Assembly (NCBI GenBank): GCA_002320815.1
Contig: DCLA01000024.1
Coordinates: 767-64,766, forward strand
Direction: 5' to 3'
From: Myxococcales bacterium UBA1660
GTDB lineage: Bacteria; Myxococcota_A; Polyangia; Polyangiales; Houyiibacteriaceae
DNA: 64,000 nt
Positions 27,249 to 34,677 of this stretch are shown here, piece after piece. The notes under the pieces are model-generated. The model saw only the letters and a program-made list of their open reading frames with translations, did no database searches and was not told the DNA's origin. The position numbers and the translations under genes were made by a program. The stretch's first letter is position 1, and the number at the start of each line of letters is the position of its first letter.

Positions 27249-28193
27249 GTGAGCGCCCCCGACCGCGACCGGGTCCTCGAGAGCGCGACGCCCGTCGACC
27301 CGGTGCGCACCCTGCGCTTCCACAAGATGGGCCGCGGCGACGGCACCTACCGGGTCGGGGAGGGGTGGATCGCCTTCGCCGCCCGCACACCCGAGGGGCC
27401 CGTCGCGGTCCGCTTCGACGCCCTCGAGCCCGAGCGCATCCGGTACCGGGGTTGGGGTCCCGGGGCGGCCTACGCCGACGCGCGCGCCGAGTGGCTCCTC
27501 GGCTTCGACGACGACCCCGAGGCCTTCGACATCACCGCCGGCGGGACCGCGCCTCGCGCGGTGACCAAGCGCCTCCGGCGCATGGTCGAGGAACAGAAGG
27601 GGCTCCGGCTCGGCCGCATGCTCTCCCTCTTCGACTGTCTCCTGCGGGTCGTCCTCCAGCAGCGGGTCACCTGGATCGAGGCCACCGGCGCCAAGAAGTA
27701 CCTGACCCGCCACTTCGGCGAGGAGGCCCCCCACCCCGAGCTGCGGCTCCCGGCCCGGCCCGAGGTCCTGGCGCAGCAGCCGTACTACGAGCTGCACCCG
27801 GCGGGCATCGAGCGCAGCCGGGCCGACGCGATCCGCAAGCTGGCCAAGCGGCACGAGGCCATCGATGCCATCGCCGCCCTGCCCTTCGAAGAGGCCAAGG
27901 CCGCTCTCTTCGCGCTCCCCGGCGTCGGCGGCTGGACCGTGGGGATGACCGCCGGCTTCGGCATGGGGGATCCCGACGCGGTGCCGGTGGGCGACTACCA
28001 CCTGCCCAACCTCATCTGTCATTTCCTCGCCGGCGAACCCCGGGGCGACGACCGGCGGATGCTGCAGCTCCTGGCGCCCTGGAAGGGCCAGCGCTTCCGG
28101 CTGATCCGCTTGCTCTACGGCGCCGGCGTCGGACCCGAGCGACGGGGCCCGAAGATGTCCCCCTCCGCCTGGACCCGCGACTCCCGCCACTGA
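27249..28193 (+). CDS. HhH-GPD superfamily DNA glycosylase (AlkA / 3-methyladenine glycosylase II-like)
   Basis: GTG start 4 nt after the upstream stop. Motif ALPGVGGWTVGMTAGFGMGDPDAVPVGDYHL (helix-hairpin-helix, G/P loop, catalytic Asp). Confidence 0.8.
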   Translation: MSAPDRDRVLESATPVDPVRTLRFHKMGRGDGTYRVGEGWIAFAARTPEGPVAVRFDALEPERIRYRGWGPGAAYADARAEWLLGFDDDPEAFDITAGGTAPRAVTKRLRRMVEEQKGLRLGRMLSLFDCLLRVVLQQRVTWIEATGAKKYLTRHFGEEAPHPELRLPARPEVLAQQPYYELHPAGIERSRADAIRKLAKRHEAIDAIAALPFEEAKAALFALPGVGGWTVGMTAGFGMGDPDAVPVGDYHLPNLICHFLAGEPRGDDRRMLQLLAPWKGQRFRLIRLLYGAGVGPERRGPKMSPSAWTRDSRH

Positions 28194-28297
28194 GGGGGCG
28201 ACGATGGTCGCCATTGAAGGGGCGACGATGGTCCTCGCGACGAAGGTCGAGGCAACGAGTGGTTGACCCGAGCGCCCTTGAATCCAAACATCGGGGT

Positions 28298-28888
28298 GTG
28301 GACGCCAAGCCCCTCGGCCGTCGTGAGAAGCGCAAGATCGAAACCCGGCGCGCGCTTCTGGAGGCAGCCTACCGACTCTTCACCGAGCGGGGGTACGAGG
28401 CGACCACGATGGACGACGTCGCCGACGCCGCCGGGGTCTCGCGCCGCACCGCGTTCCGCTATTTCCCCACCAAAGACCAGCTGGTCTTTCCGGAGCGGGA
28501 CCGGCGCTTGGCGTTCTTCCGCGCCATCCTCACCGAGGACCCGAAGGCGGAGCCCTGGGCGGCCATCCGGCACGCGGTGCTCGGCATGGCCCGCGAGTAC
28601 GAGGGTGACAAGGAGTGGCTCCTCACCCAGGACCGGCTGGTTCAGGCCAGCCCGGAACTCGCCGGGCTGGAGATCCGCTTCGACAAGGCGTTCGAAGACG
28701 CGATCGTGGAGCGGCTCCGGAACGGCGAACGCACCAAGGCCGCTGCCCGGCGAGCACGAGTGCTCGGTGCGGCGGTCATGGGCGTCATCCGGGCCTCGCT
28801 CCGCGAGTGGTTGGACGCGGGCGCCACGGACGACCTGCAGCGCCTCGGCGAAGAGGGCTTCGAGGTCTTGGAGCGCGGGATCCGCTGA
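28298..28888 (+). CDS. TetR-family transcriptional regulator
   Basis: GTG 28298. HTH ALLEAAYRLFTERGYEATTMDDVADAAGVSRRTAFRYFPTKDQL. The longer ORF from 27365 is a shadow of the glycosylase gene. Confidence 0.85.
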   Translation: MDAKPLGRREKRKIETRRALLEAAYRLFTERGYEATTMDDVADAAGVSRRTAFRYFPTKDQLVFPERDRRLAFFRAILTEDPKAEPWAAIRHAVLGMAREYEGDKEWLLTQDRLVQASPELAGLEIRFDKAFEDAIVERLRNGERTKAAARRARVLGAAVMGVIRASLREWLDAGATDDLQRLGEEGFEVLERGIR

Positions 28889-28946
28889 TCCCGCCGGTCA
28901 CTCGCGCGGGAGGCCGTTGCCTCCCGGCGCGGAGCGACGGTTCGCC

Positions 28947-29237
28947 TCACTTCTGGCGGAAGACGATCATCCCGTGGGTGAGATCGTAGGGCGAGAGCGC
29001 AACGGTGACGTGGTCGCCGAGGATCACGCGGATGCGGAACTTACGCATCCGCCCGCAGAGCTGAGCGCGGACGCTGCTGCCCGCCTCGGTCTCCACCTCG
29101 AACTGCCCACCGGCGAAGACGTTGGTCACCACGCCGTTGAGCTTGATGTGATCGTCACGCGTATCGTCTTGTTCGGAATCGTCGAAGCGACGACGTCCCT
29201 TGCGGCGACGGCCGCCTCCTCTGGGTCGTTTGGCCAA
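28947..29237 (-). CDS. Translation initiation factor IF-1-like S1/OB protein with Arg-rich N-terminal extension
   Basis: Core IKLNGVVTNVFAGGQFEVETEAGSSVRAQLCGRMRKFRIRVILGDHVTVALSPYDLTHGMIVFRQK is colinear with bacterial IF-1. It is preceded by AKRPRGGGRRRKGRRRFDDSEQDDTRDD. A TTG start at 29237 is proposed; the ORF is open to 29327. Confidence 0.75.
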   Translation of the reverse strand: MAKRPRGGGRRRKGRRRFDDSEQDDTRDDHIKLNGVVTNVFAGGQFEVETEAGSSVRAQLCGRMRKFRIRVILGDHVTVALSPYDLTHGMIVFRQK

Positions 29238-29361
29238 ATCTGGTCTCCTGGTGCTGTCGCCGAAGCGACCTTGCCACCGTAGATGGTGGCGTGTTCCTAC
29301 CCCTCCCGGGAAGGAAGGGCGGCACACCCTAAGTCGTCATGACGAGTTGCGCCAGTCGGCC

Positions 29362-30294
29362 TCAGTTTCGGACCTGGTCGAGCTTTCCCTTCAGCTCCCG
29401 GCCGAGCTTGGCCAGCGAGTGATAGAAGGGCGTCTTCGACTTCTCGGTCTTCGGCGCGTAGGCGTCGGTGAGGTAGGGGACGTAGCAGGTCCGGCGGAGG
29501 CTCCGGATCCCGGTGTGCGGGCACTGCTCGACCCGGTGCCAGGTGCGGCCGTCGTGAACGGTGAGGTCGCCGGGCTCGGTCTCCACCGCGATCTCGTCGG
29601 GATCCACCCCGTGGGAGATGAAGTAGGGCTTGCGCGTCAGCATGTCCCAGAAGCCCTGCCGGTGGCTGCCGGGGATGATCCGCAGGCCGCCGTCTTCCTT
29701 GCGGATGCGGTCGAAGTGGAGGCCCACGTTGAGCATGGGGCCGGGGATCTCGCGGTTCAGGAAGAGGTCCCGGAGCCCGTCCGTGTGCCAACCGAGCCGC
29801 GGGTAGGCGCTGCCGGGGACGTTGAGGTTCCGGTTGAAGACCAGGCCGTCCTTCTCGTGGTCGCCGACCCGGGTCTCCTTGCCGACCAGGCTGCGCACCG
29901 GGGCGAAGCGCTCGTCGCGGACCAGCTCGTAGAGGTACTCGCTGAAGAGCGAGCTGAAGGGGAAGCGCTGGATGAAGGGCTCGCCGCCGACGCCCTTGCC
30001 GACCACCACCGGGATCCCGTGGACCTCCTCGCGCCGCTCGGCGAGCCAGCGCTCCTGGACGCCCTCGATCTCGGCGAGGACCCGGGCGACCTCGGCCTCC
30101 GAGAGGACGTTGGCGAAGACCAGGTAGCCGTGCTCGTCGAGGAAGGCCTGCTGCACCGGGGAGATGGTCTCGCCCAGGGTGAAGCGGGTGCTCAGCGGGA
30201 GCGACCGCGCCTCGCGGCGGTCGGCGTCGGTCACCTCGGCGCGGGGCGGCGAGGTGAGCATCTCGGGCGTGAAGGCGGGATCGACGGCGTACAT
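29362..30294 (-). CDS. Phytanoyl-CoA dioxygenase (PhyH) family Fe(II)/2-oxoglutarate oxygenase
   Basis: ATG 30294 (MYAVDPAF...). Motifs LGWHTDG (H-x-D) and GDLTVHDGRTWHRV (distal His). The 550-aa ORF in the track is a run-on through the upstream TetR gene in another frame. Confidence 0.8.
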   Translation of the reverse strand: MYAVDPAFTPEMLTSPPRAEVTDADRREARSLPLSTRFTLGETISPVQQAFLDEHGYLVFANVLSEAEVARVLAEIEGVQERWLAERREEVHGIPVVVGKGVGGEPFIQRFPFSSLFSEYLYELVRDERFAPVRSLVGKETRVGDHEKDGLVFNRNLNVPGSAYPRLGWHTDGLRDLFLNREIPGPMLNVGLHFDRIRKEDGGLRIIPGSHRQGFWDMLTRKPYFISHGVDPDEIAVETEPGDLTVHDGRTWHRVEQCPHTGIRSLRRTCYVPYLTDAYAPKTEKSKTPFYHSLAKLGRELKGKLDQVRN

Positions 30295-30365
30295 GCGCGG
30301 GCTCCAGGGTTCGGGGTTCGATGGGCGCCCGGCTCTGCCGCGGCGCCGAAGGGTCAGGCGAGAGG

Positions 30366-30992
30366 TCAGGCGAGGGGTCCGGCGAAGAGGGTCTGCCGGG
30401 CCGCCATGACCAGGTGGTCCTCGACGGCGGCGACGGCGGCTTCGGGGGAGGCCACGCCGGCGATGAGCATCAGCTCCTTCTCGTCGGCGATGGCGTAGCG
30501 GCCGGTCAGAAAGACCATGCTCTGCAGCGGGAGCCGGAGGAGCTCCTTGGGGCGACCGGTCGCGGCGGCGACCAGGGCCGAGGCCTGGTCCAGGAAGGGG
30601 ACCAGGAAGGTGTCCACGCGCTCGGCGTCGATGGCGCCGGCGGCGACCACCCGGCGCATCATCAGGCGCATGGTCGCCTGGTGGCTGCGGGCGAAGCGGA
30701 AGCCGGCGCGGATGGCCTCGTCGAGGACCGACTCGACGCCGTCGGCCTGGGCGGCGGCGGCGAACATGGTGTCCCGGAAGGTCCCGAGGTCCTCGTACAT
30801 GGCGTCGATGCACGCCGCGTAGAGGTCGTCCTTGGAGCCGAAGTAGTGGTGGACCATCGCCAGGCTGACCCCGGCGCCCTTGGCGATCTCGCGGACCGAG
30901 CTCTTGGCGCCGCGCTCGCTGAAGAAGAGCGTGGCGCTCTGCAGGATGCGCTCCTTGGTCGCCGCCGCGTCCGCGTTCACCGGTCTCGCCAT
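30366..30992 (-). CDS. TetR-family transcriptional regulator
   Basis: HTH ILQSATLFFSERGAKSSVREIAKGAGVSLAMVHHYFGSKDDLY. 208 aa. Confidence 0.88.
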   Translation of the reverse strand: MARPVNADAAATKERILQSATLFFSERGAKSSVREIAKGAGVSLAMVHHYFGSKDDLYAACIDAMYEDLGTFRDTMFAAAAQADGVESVLDEAIRAGFRFARSHQATMRLMMRRVVAAGAIDAERVDTFLVPFLDQASALVAAATGRPKELLRLPLQSMVFLTGRYAIADEKELMLIAGVASPEAAVAAVEDHLVMAARQTLFAGPLA

Positions 30993-31009
30993 GAGTCCGG
31001 ATGTAACTA

Positions 31010-31023
31010 ATCAAACGTTTGAT
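31010..31023. promoter_or_regulatory. Candidate TetR operator: perfect 14-nt AT-rich palindrome 18 nt upstream of the TetR start codon
   Basis: ATCAAACGTTTGAT sits in a locally AT-rich patch (taactaatcaaacgtttgataacaa) within ~70% GC DNA. Confidence 0.55.
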
Positions 31024-31066
31024 AACAACGGCAGTTGGAGAGATCCCTCACTCGGTACGGGAACGC

Positions 31067-32434
31067 TCACTCCTCGTAGCGCGCCAGGCGCGCGTGCAGG
31101 GTCTTGCGGTCGATCCCCAGGATCCGCGCCGCTTTGCTCTTGTTGCCCTCCACCGCGTCGAGGACCCGGAGGATGTGGCGGCGCTCCACCTCGTAGAGCG
31201 GTTGGAAACGGGTGGGTCCGTCGTCGCGCTCGGGGAGCGGACCGTCGTCGCTCAACTCCTGGAGCTCCCGGGGGAGATGCTCCACGCGGACCGCGCCGCC
31301 CTCGCGGGCGAGCGCGACGCAGCGCTCCATGCAGTTGTGGAGCTCGCGCACGTTGCCCGGCCACGAGTAGGCGAGGAGCCGGCGCGCGACGTCATCGGGG
31401 ATCTCCGGCGGGTCGCTCCGCTCGCGGACCGCGATCTCGTCGAGGAAGACCTCGGCCAGGAGGAGCACGTCGTCACCGCGGTCGCGCAGGGGCGGCACGT
31501 CGACCTTGATGACGTCGAGGCGGTAGTAGAGGTCGGCGCGGAAGTGCCCCGCGTCCACCTCGGCGCGCAGGTCCCGGTGGGTCGCCGCCAGCACCCGGAC
31601 GTCCACCTCGACCTCGCGGTCGCCGCCGACGGGGCGGAGCTTCCGCTCCTGGAGCACCCGGAGGAGCTTCGGCTGGAGCGTGGGCGAGAGGTCCCCGATC
31701 TCGTCGAGGAAGACCGTGCCGCCGTCGGCCTCCCGGAGCAGGCCCCGGCGCGCCGTGCGCGCGTCGGTGAAGGCGCCGCGCTCGTGCCCGAAGAGCTCGC
31801 TCTCCAGGAGGGCCTCGGGCATGGCCGCGCAGTTGAAGGCGATGAAGGGCTTGGCCGCCCGCCGGCTCCGGTCGTGGAGCGCGCGGGCGACGAGCTCCTT
31901 GCCGGTCCCGCTCTCGCCGAGGATCAGCACCGACGCCTGGGACTGCCCGATCCGATCGATGAGCCCGTAGAGGCGCTCCATGGGCGGGCTGGTGCCCACC
32001 ATCCCGGCGTGGCCGGGTCGCGATCCGGTCTGGCGCCGGAGCTGGCGCACCTCGTCCCGGAGCGAGCGGTCGGCCAGCGCGCGGCGGAGGCTCAGCTCGA
32101 GCCGCTCGGGCTCGAAGGGCTTGGTGAGGAAGTCGTAGGCGCCCGCCTGGATGGCCTCGATGGCCGAGTCCAGGCTGCCGAAGGCGGTCATCAAGAGCAC
32201 CGGGATGTCCGGGAAGAGCCGCACCACCTCCTTGCAGAGCTGGGTGCCCGAGGCGCCCGGCATGCGCAGGTCGGTGACCACCACGTCGATGGCGTGCTCC
32301 GAGAGCGCGTGCAGCGCCTCGGCGGCGCTCCCGGCGCCGACCACGCGGTACTCGCCGGTGGCCTCGAGCTGCTCGCCGAGGAGCTCGCGCAGCGAGCGGT
32401 CGTCGTCGACCAGGAGCACGGTCGGCTCGCTCAC
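31067..32434 (-). CDS. Sigma-54-dependent response regulator (NtrC-family enhancer-binding protein)
   Basis: GTG 32434 overlaps the kinase stop (GTGA). REC domain (VLLVDDD...VVVTDLRMPG). AAA+ domain (LGESGTGKE, ERGAFTDA = GAFTGA variant). C-terminal Fis HTH (KSKAARILGIDRKTLHARL). Confidence 0.9.
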   Translation of the reverse strand: MSEPTVLLVDDDRSLRELLGEQLEATGEYRVVGAGSAAEALHALSEHAIDVVVTDLRMPGASGTQLCKEVVRLFPDIPVLLMTAFGSLDSAIEAIQAGAYDFLTKPFEPERLELSLRRALADRSLRDEVRQLRRQTGSRPGHAGMVGTSPPMERLYGLIDRIGQSQASVLILGESGTGKELVARALHDRSRRAAKPFIAFNCAAMPEALLESELFGHERGAFTDARTARRGLLREADGGTVFLDEIGDLSPTLQPKLLRVLQERKLRPVGGDREVEVDVRVLAATHRDLRAEVDAGHFRADLYYRLDVIKVDVPPLRDRGDDVLLLAEVFLDEIAVRERSDPPEIPDDVARRLLAYSWPGNVRELHNCMERCVALAREGGAVRVEHLPRELQELSDDGPLPERDDGPTRFQPLYEVERRHILRVLDAVEGNKSKAARILGIDRKTLHARLARYEE

Positions 32435-33885
32435 GCGGCCTCCTCGGGGGCCACGGGGACCAGCACGCTCAGGGTCGTCCCTTCGCCGGGCGAGCTCTCG
32501 AGCGCGATCCAGCCCTCGTGCTCGCGGGCGATGACGAAGGCTACCGAGAGGCCCAGGCCGGTGCCCTGCCCCACGTCCTTGGTGGTGAAGAAGGGATCGA
32601 AGATCTCGTCCTGGAGCTCGGGCGGGATCCCGACGCCTTGGTCGCGCACGTCGATGCGCAGATAGCGCTCGTGGGGGGGCACGTCCGGCGGGGGCTCGAG
32701 GGCGCCGCAGCGCGAGAGGGAGACCTGCAGGCGCCCGCCCGCGGGCATGGCCTGGACGCCGTTCTGGACCAGGTTGGTCAGGAGCTGGGCCAGGTGGTCC
32801 CGGTCCCCGAGGACCGTCGCCGCCTCGCCGACCTCGGCCTCGATGACCACGCCCGCCTTCTCCGCGTTGGGGCTCAAGTGCTCGACCACTTCGGTGACCA
32901 CGGTACCCATGGCGACCGGCCGACGCACGCTGTGTCGCGGCCGCGAGAGGCTCAGCAGGCTCCGGACGATGCGCTCCATCCGCTTGGCTTCGGTGCGCAC
33001 GATGCGCGCGTGCCGTCGCAGCCCGTCGGGCGTCTCCTTGGCCTCTTCGATCATTCGGGCGCGACCGCCCACGACCTGCAGCGGGGTGCCCAGCTCGTGG
33101 GCCACGCCCGCGGCGAGGGTGCCGACCGCCGCCAGGCGCTCGCCGTGCCGGAGCCGGCGCTCGGCCTCCAGCCGGGCCTCCGTCTCCCGCTCGGTCTCGG
33201 CCCGCGCCTCCCGTAGTCGATCGACCATCTTGGCGATGGCGGAGTGGAGGAGCCCGATCTCGTCCCTCCGGTGGAGGCGCGGTAGCACGTCCAGCGAGCC
33301 CGCCGCGATCTGCTCGGTGTGGGCGACGAGCTGCCGCACCGGGCGACCCACCAGCCAGTTGCCGACGAGCACCGCCAGCGAGGCCGGGCCGAAAGCGACC
33401 GCCAAGGTGGTCCAGAGGAGCCCCATCGTCCCGTGTCGGATCCGCGTCTCCGCCTTCTCCAGCGACTCGGCGAGCTCGATGGCCGTCGCCGGAGCGTCGC
33501 CGCCGAGGGGCACGTAGGTGTAGACGATGCCCGGCGAGGAGCTCCGGTCGACGTAGGTGACCTCGCGCTCGCCGCGACCAGTGAGCCCGAGGGCGACCGA
33601 GGGCGGCGCCCCCAGGCCCGTGGGCCCGAGGTCGACCAGCCGAATGCCCACCTCGGCCTCCCCTTCCTGGGCCACGTGGAGGACCTCTTGGGCGGCGACC
33701 AGGTCGTCGTCCCGCAGGGCGGCGCGGACCGAGGGCCGGAGGGCGCGCCCCAGGAGGCGCTGCTCGTGGGCGATGTCGCGCTCGACGACCTCCCGTTCCC
33801 GGCGGAGGCGCAGCCATCCCTCCAGGGCCAGCACGGTCACCAGCAAGCCCAGGAAGACGACCATCAGTTTGAGCGCCACCCGCAT
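32431..33885 (-). CDS. Sensor histidine kinase (TM-sensor-TM-HAMP-HisKA-HATPase)
   Basis: H-box GVAHELGTPL, N-box LLTNLVQNGVQAM, G-boxes VRDQGVGIP and GTGLGLS. Confidence 0.9.
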   Translation of the reverse strand: MRVALKLMVVFLGLLVTVLALEGWLRLRREREVVERDIAHEQRLLGRALRPSVRAALRDDDLVAAQEVLHVAQEGEAEVGIRLVDLGPTGLGAPPSVALGLTGRGEREVTYVDRSSSPGIVYTYVPLGGDAPATAIELAESLEKAETRIRHGTMGLLWTTLAVAFGPASLAVLVGNWLVGRPVRQLVAHTEQIAAGSLDVLPRLHRRDEIGLLHSAIAKMVDRLREARAETERETEARLEAERRLRHGERLAAVGTLAAGVAHELGTPLQVVGGRARMIEEAKETPDGLRRHARIVRTEAKRMERIVRSLLSLSRPRHSVRRPVAMGTVVTEVVEHLSPNAEKAGVVIEAEVGEAATVLGDRDHLAQLLTNLVQNGVQAMPAGGRLQVSLSRCGALEPPPDVPPHERYLRIDVRDQGVGIPPELQDEIFDPFFTTKDVGQGTGLGLSVAFVIAREHEGWIALESSPGEGTTLSVLVPVAPEEAA

Positions 33886-33894
33886 GCGTCGACT

Positions 33895-34677
33895 CTAGGC
33901 GATCAGCGGGCCCCGATGCGGTCGCGAATCATCGCCGCGATCTCCTGGCATCCGCGCGCTTCGACCTCGCGGCCCAGCTTCTCGAGGACGATGGCGTAGG
34001 CCTCCTGGATGGAGGCGTTCGCCGGCGCGGCTGCTGTTCAGCACCTCCACGTCGACGGCGACGCCCTCGGTGTCCTGGGAGGCGAGCAGCGCGCCGACGC
34101 CTTCGTGGGCCTCGTCGGCGGTGAGCGGCCCGTCGTCGCTCACGACGGTCATCACCCGCAGGGGCGCTCGGAAGAGTCGGGCCACCCGGAGCCCCGCCCG
34201 GAGTCCGAGCCGGGACTGGGGGGTGAGGTCGACCGGGCAGAGCACCGGGCGTCCGCCCAGCGGCCCTCCCCGGGCGATCCAGACCGGCACCGTCGCCCGG
34301 CGGACGACGGCCTCGGCGACGGAGCCCACCAGCCAGCGCCGCACCGTCGCCGGCTTGCCGCCGCCCATCACGACGAGCTCGGCGCCGAGCCGATGGACGG
34401 CGCGGATCACCAGGTCCGCCGCCGGGCCCGCGGCGATCTCCTCGGTGACGGTGAGGCCCCCGCTCCGGAGGCGCTGGAGGTGGGGCTCGAGCTTCTCTCG
34501 GGCGCGCTCCGCCCGCTTCTCGAAGCCTCGCTCGTGCTCCAGCGCCCGGTCGCCCAAGGCGTGGACCACCACGAGCGGGCGGGCGAGGAGCCGGCCGAGG
34601 TCCAGCGCCTCGGCCAGGATGTCCTCGGTCTCCTGGTCCAGGGGCAGCGCCACGATCAGGGGTCTCGGCGACGTCAT
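33895..34677 (-). CDS. Tandem universal stress protein (UspA family); 3' end probably frameshifted
   Basis: The first Usp domain is complete (LVVMGGGKPATVRRWLVGSVAEAVVRRATVPVWI). A second domain begins at RPVLCPVDLTPQS. After ...VDVEVL the annotated frame has poor GC3, while the +1 frame (NASIQEAYAIVLEKLGREVEARGCQEIAAMIRDRIGAR*, stop 33903-33905) has near-uniform G/C third positions. Confidence 0.7.
   Translation of the reverse strand: MTSPRPLIVALPLDQETEDILAEALDLGRLLARPLVVVHALGDRALEHERGFEKRAERAREKLEPHLQRLRSGGLTVTEEIAAGPAADLVIRAVHRLGAELVVMGGGKPATVRRWLVGSVAEAVVRRATVPVWIARGGPLGGRPVLCPVDLTPQSRLGLRAGLRVARLFRAPLRVMTVVSDDGPLTADEAHEGVGALLASQDTEGVAVDVEVLNSSRAGERLHPGGLRHRPREAGPRGRSARMPGDRGDDSRPHRGPLIA

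Noticed and set aside
28263-28291. TTGACC-17 nt-AAACAT as a sigma-70 promoter for a leaderless TetR mRNA
   Set aside because: The -10 hexamer matches only 3/6. Myxobacterial promoters are poorly defined, so this is too weak to report as a feature.
31067-33817. N-terminal extensions of track ORFs. Examples: the 916-aa version of the NtrC gene, the 905-aa version of the adaptor gene 38094-40811, the 550-aa 29362-31014 and the 468-aa 53337-54743.
   Set aside because: The extensions run through the upstream gene in another frame and are Arg/Pro/Gly junk. Internal starts coincide with signal peptides, 4-nt overlaps or the homology onset.
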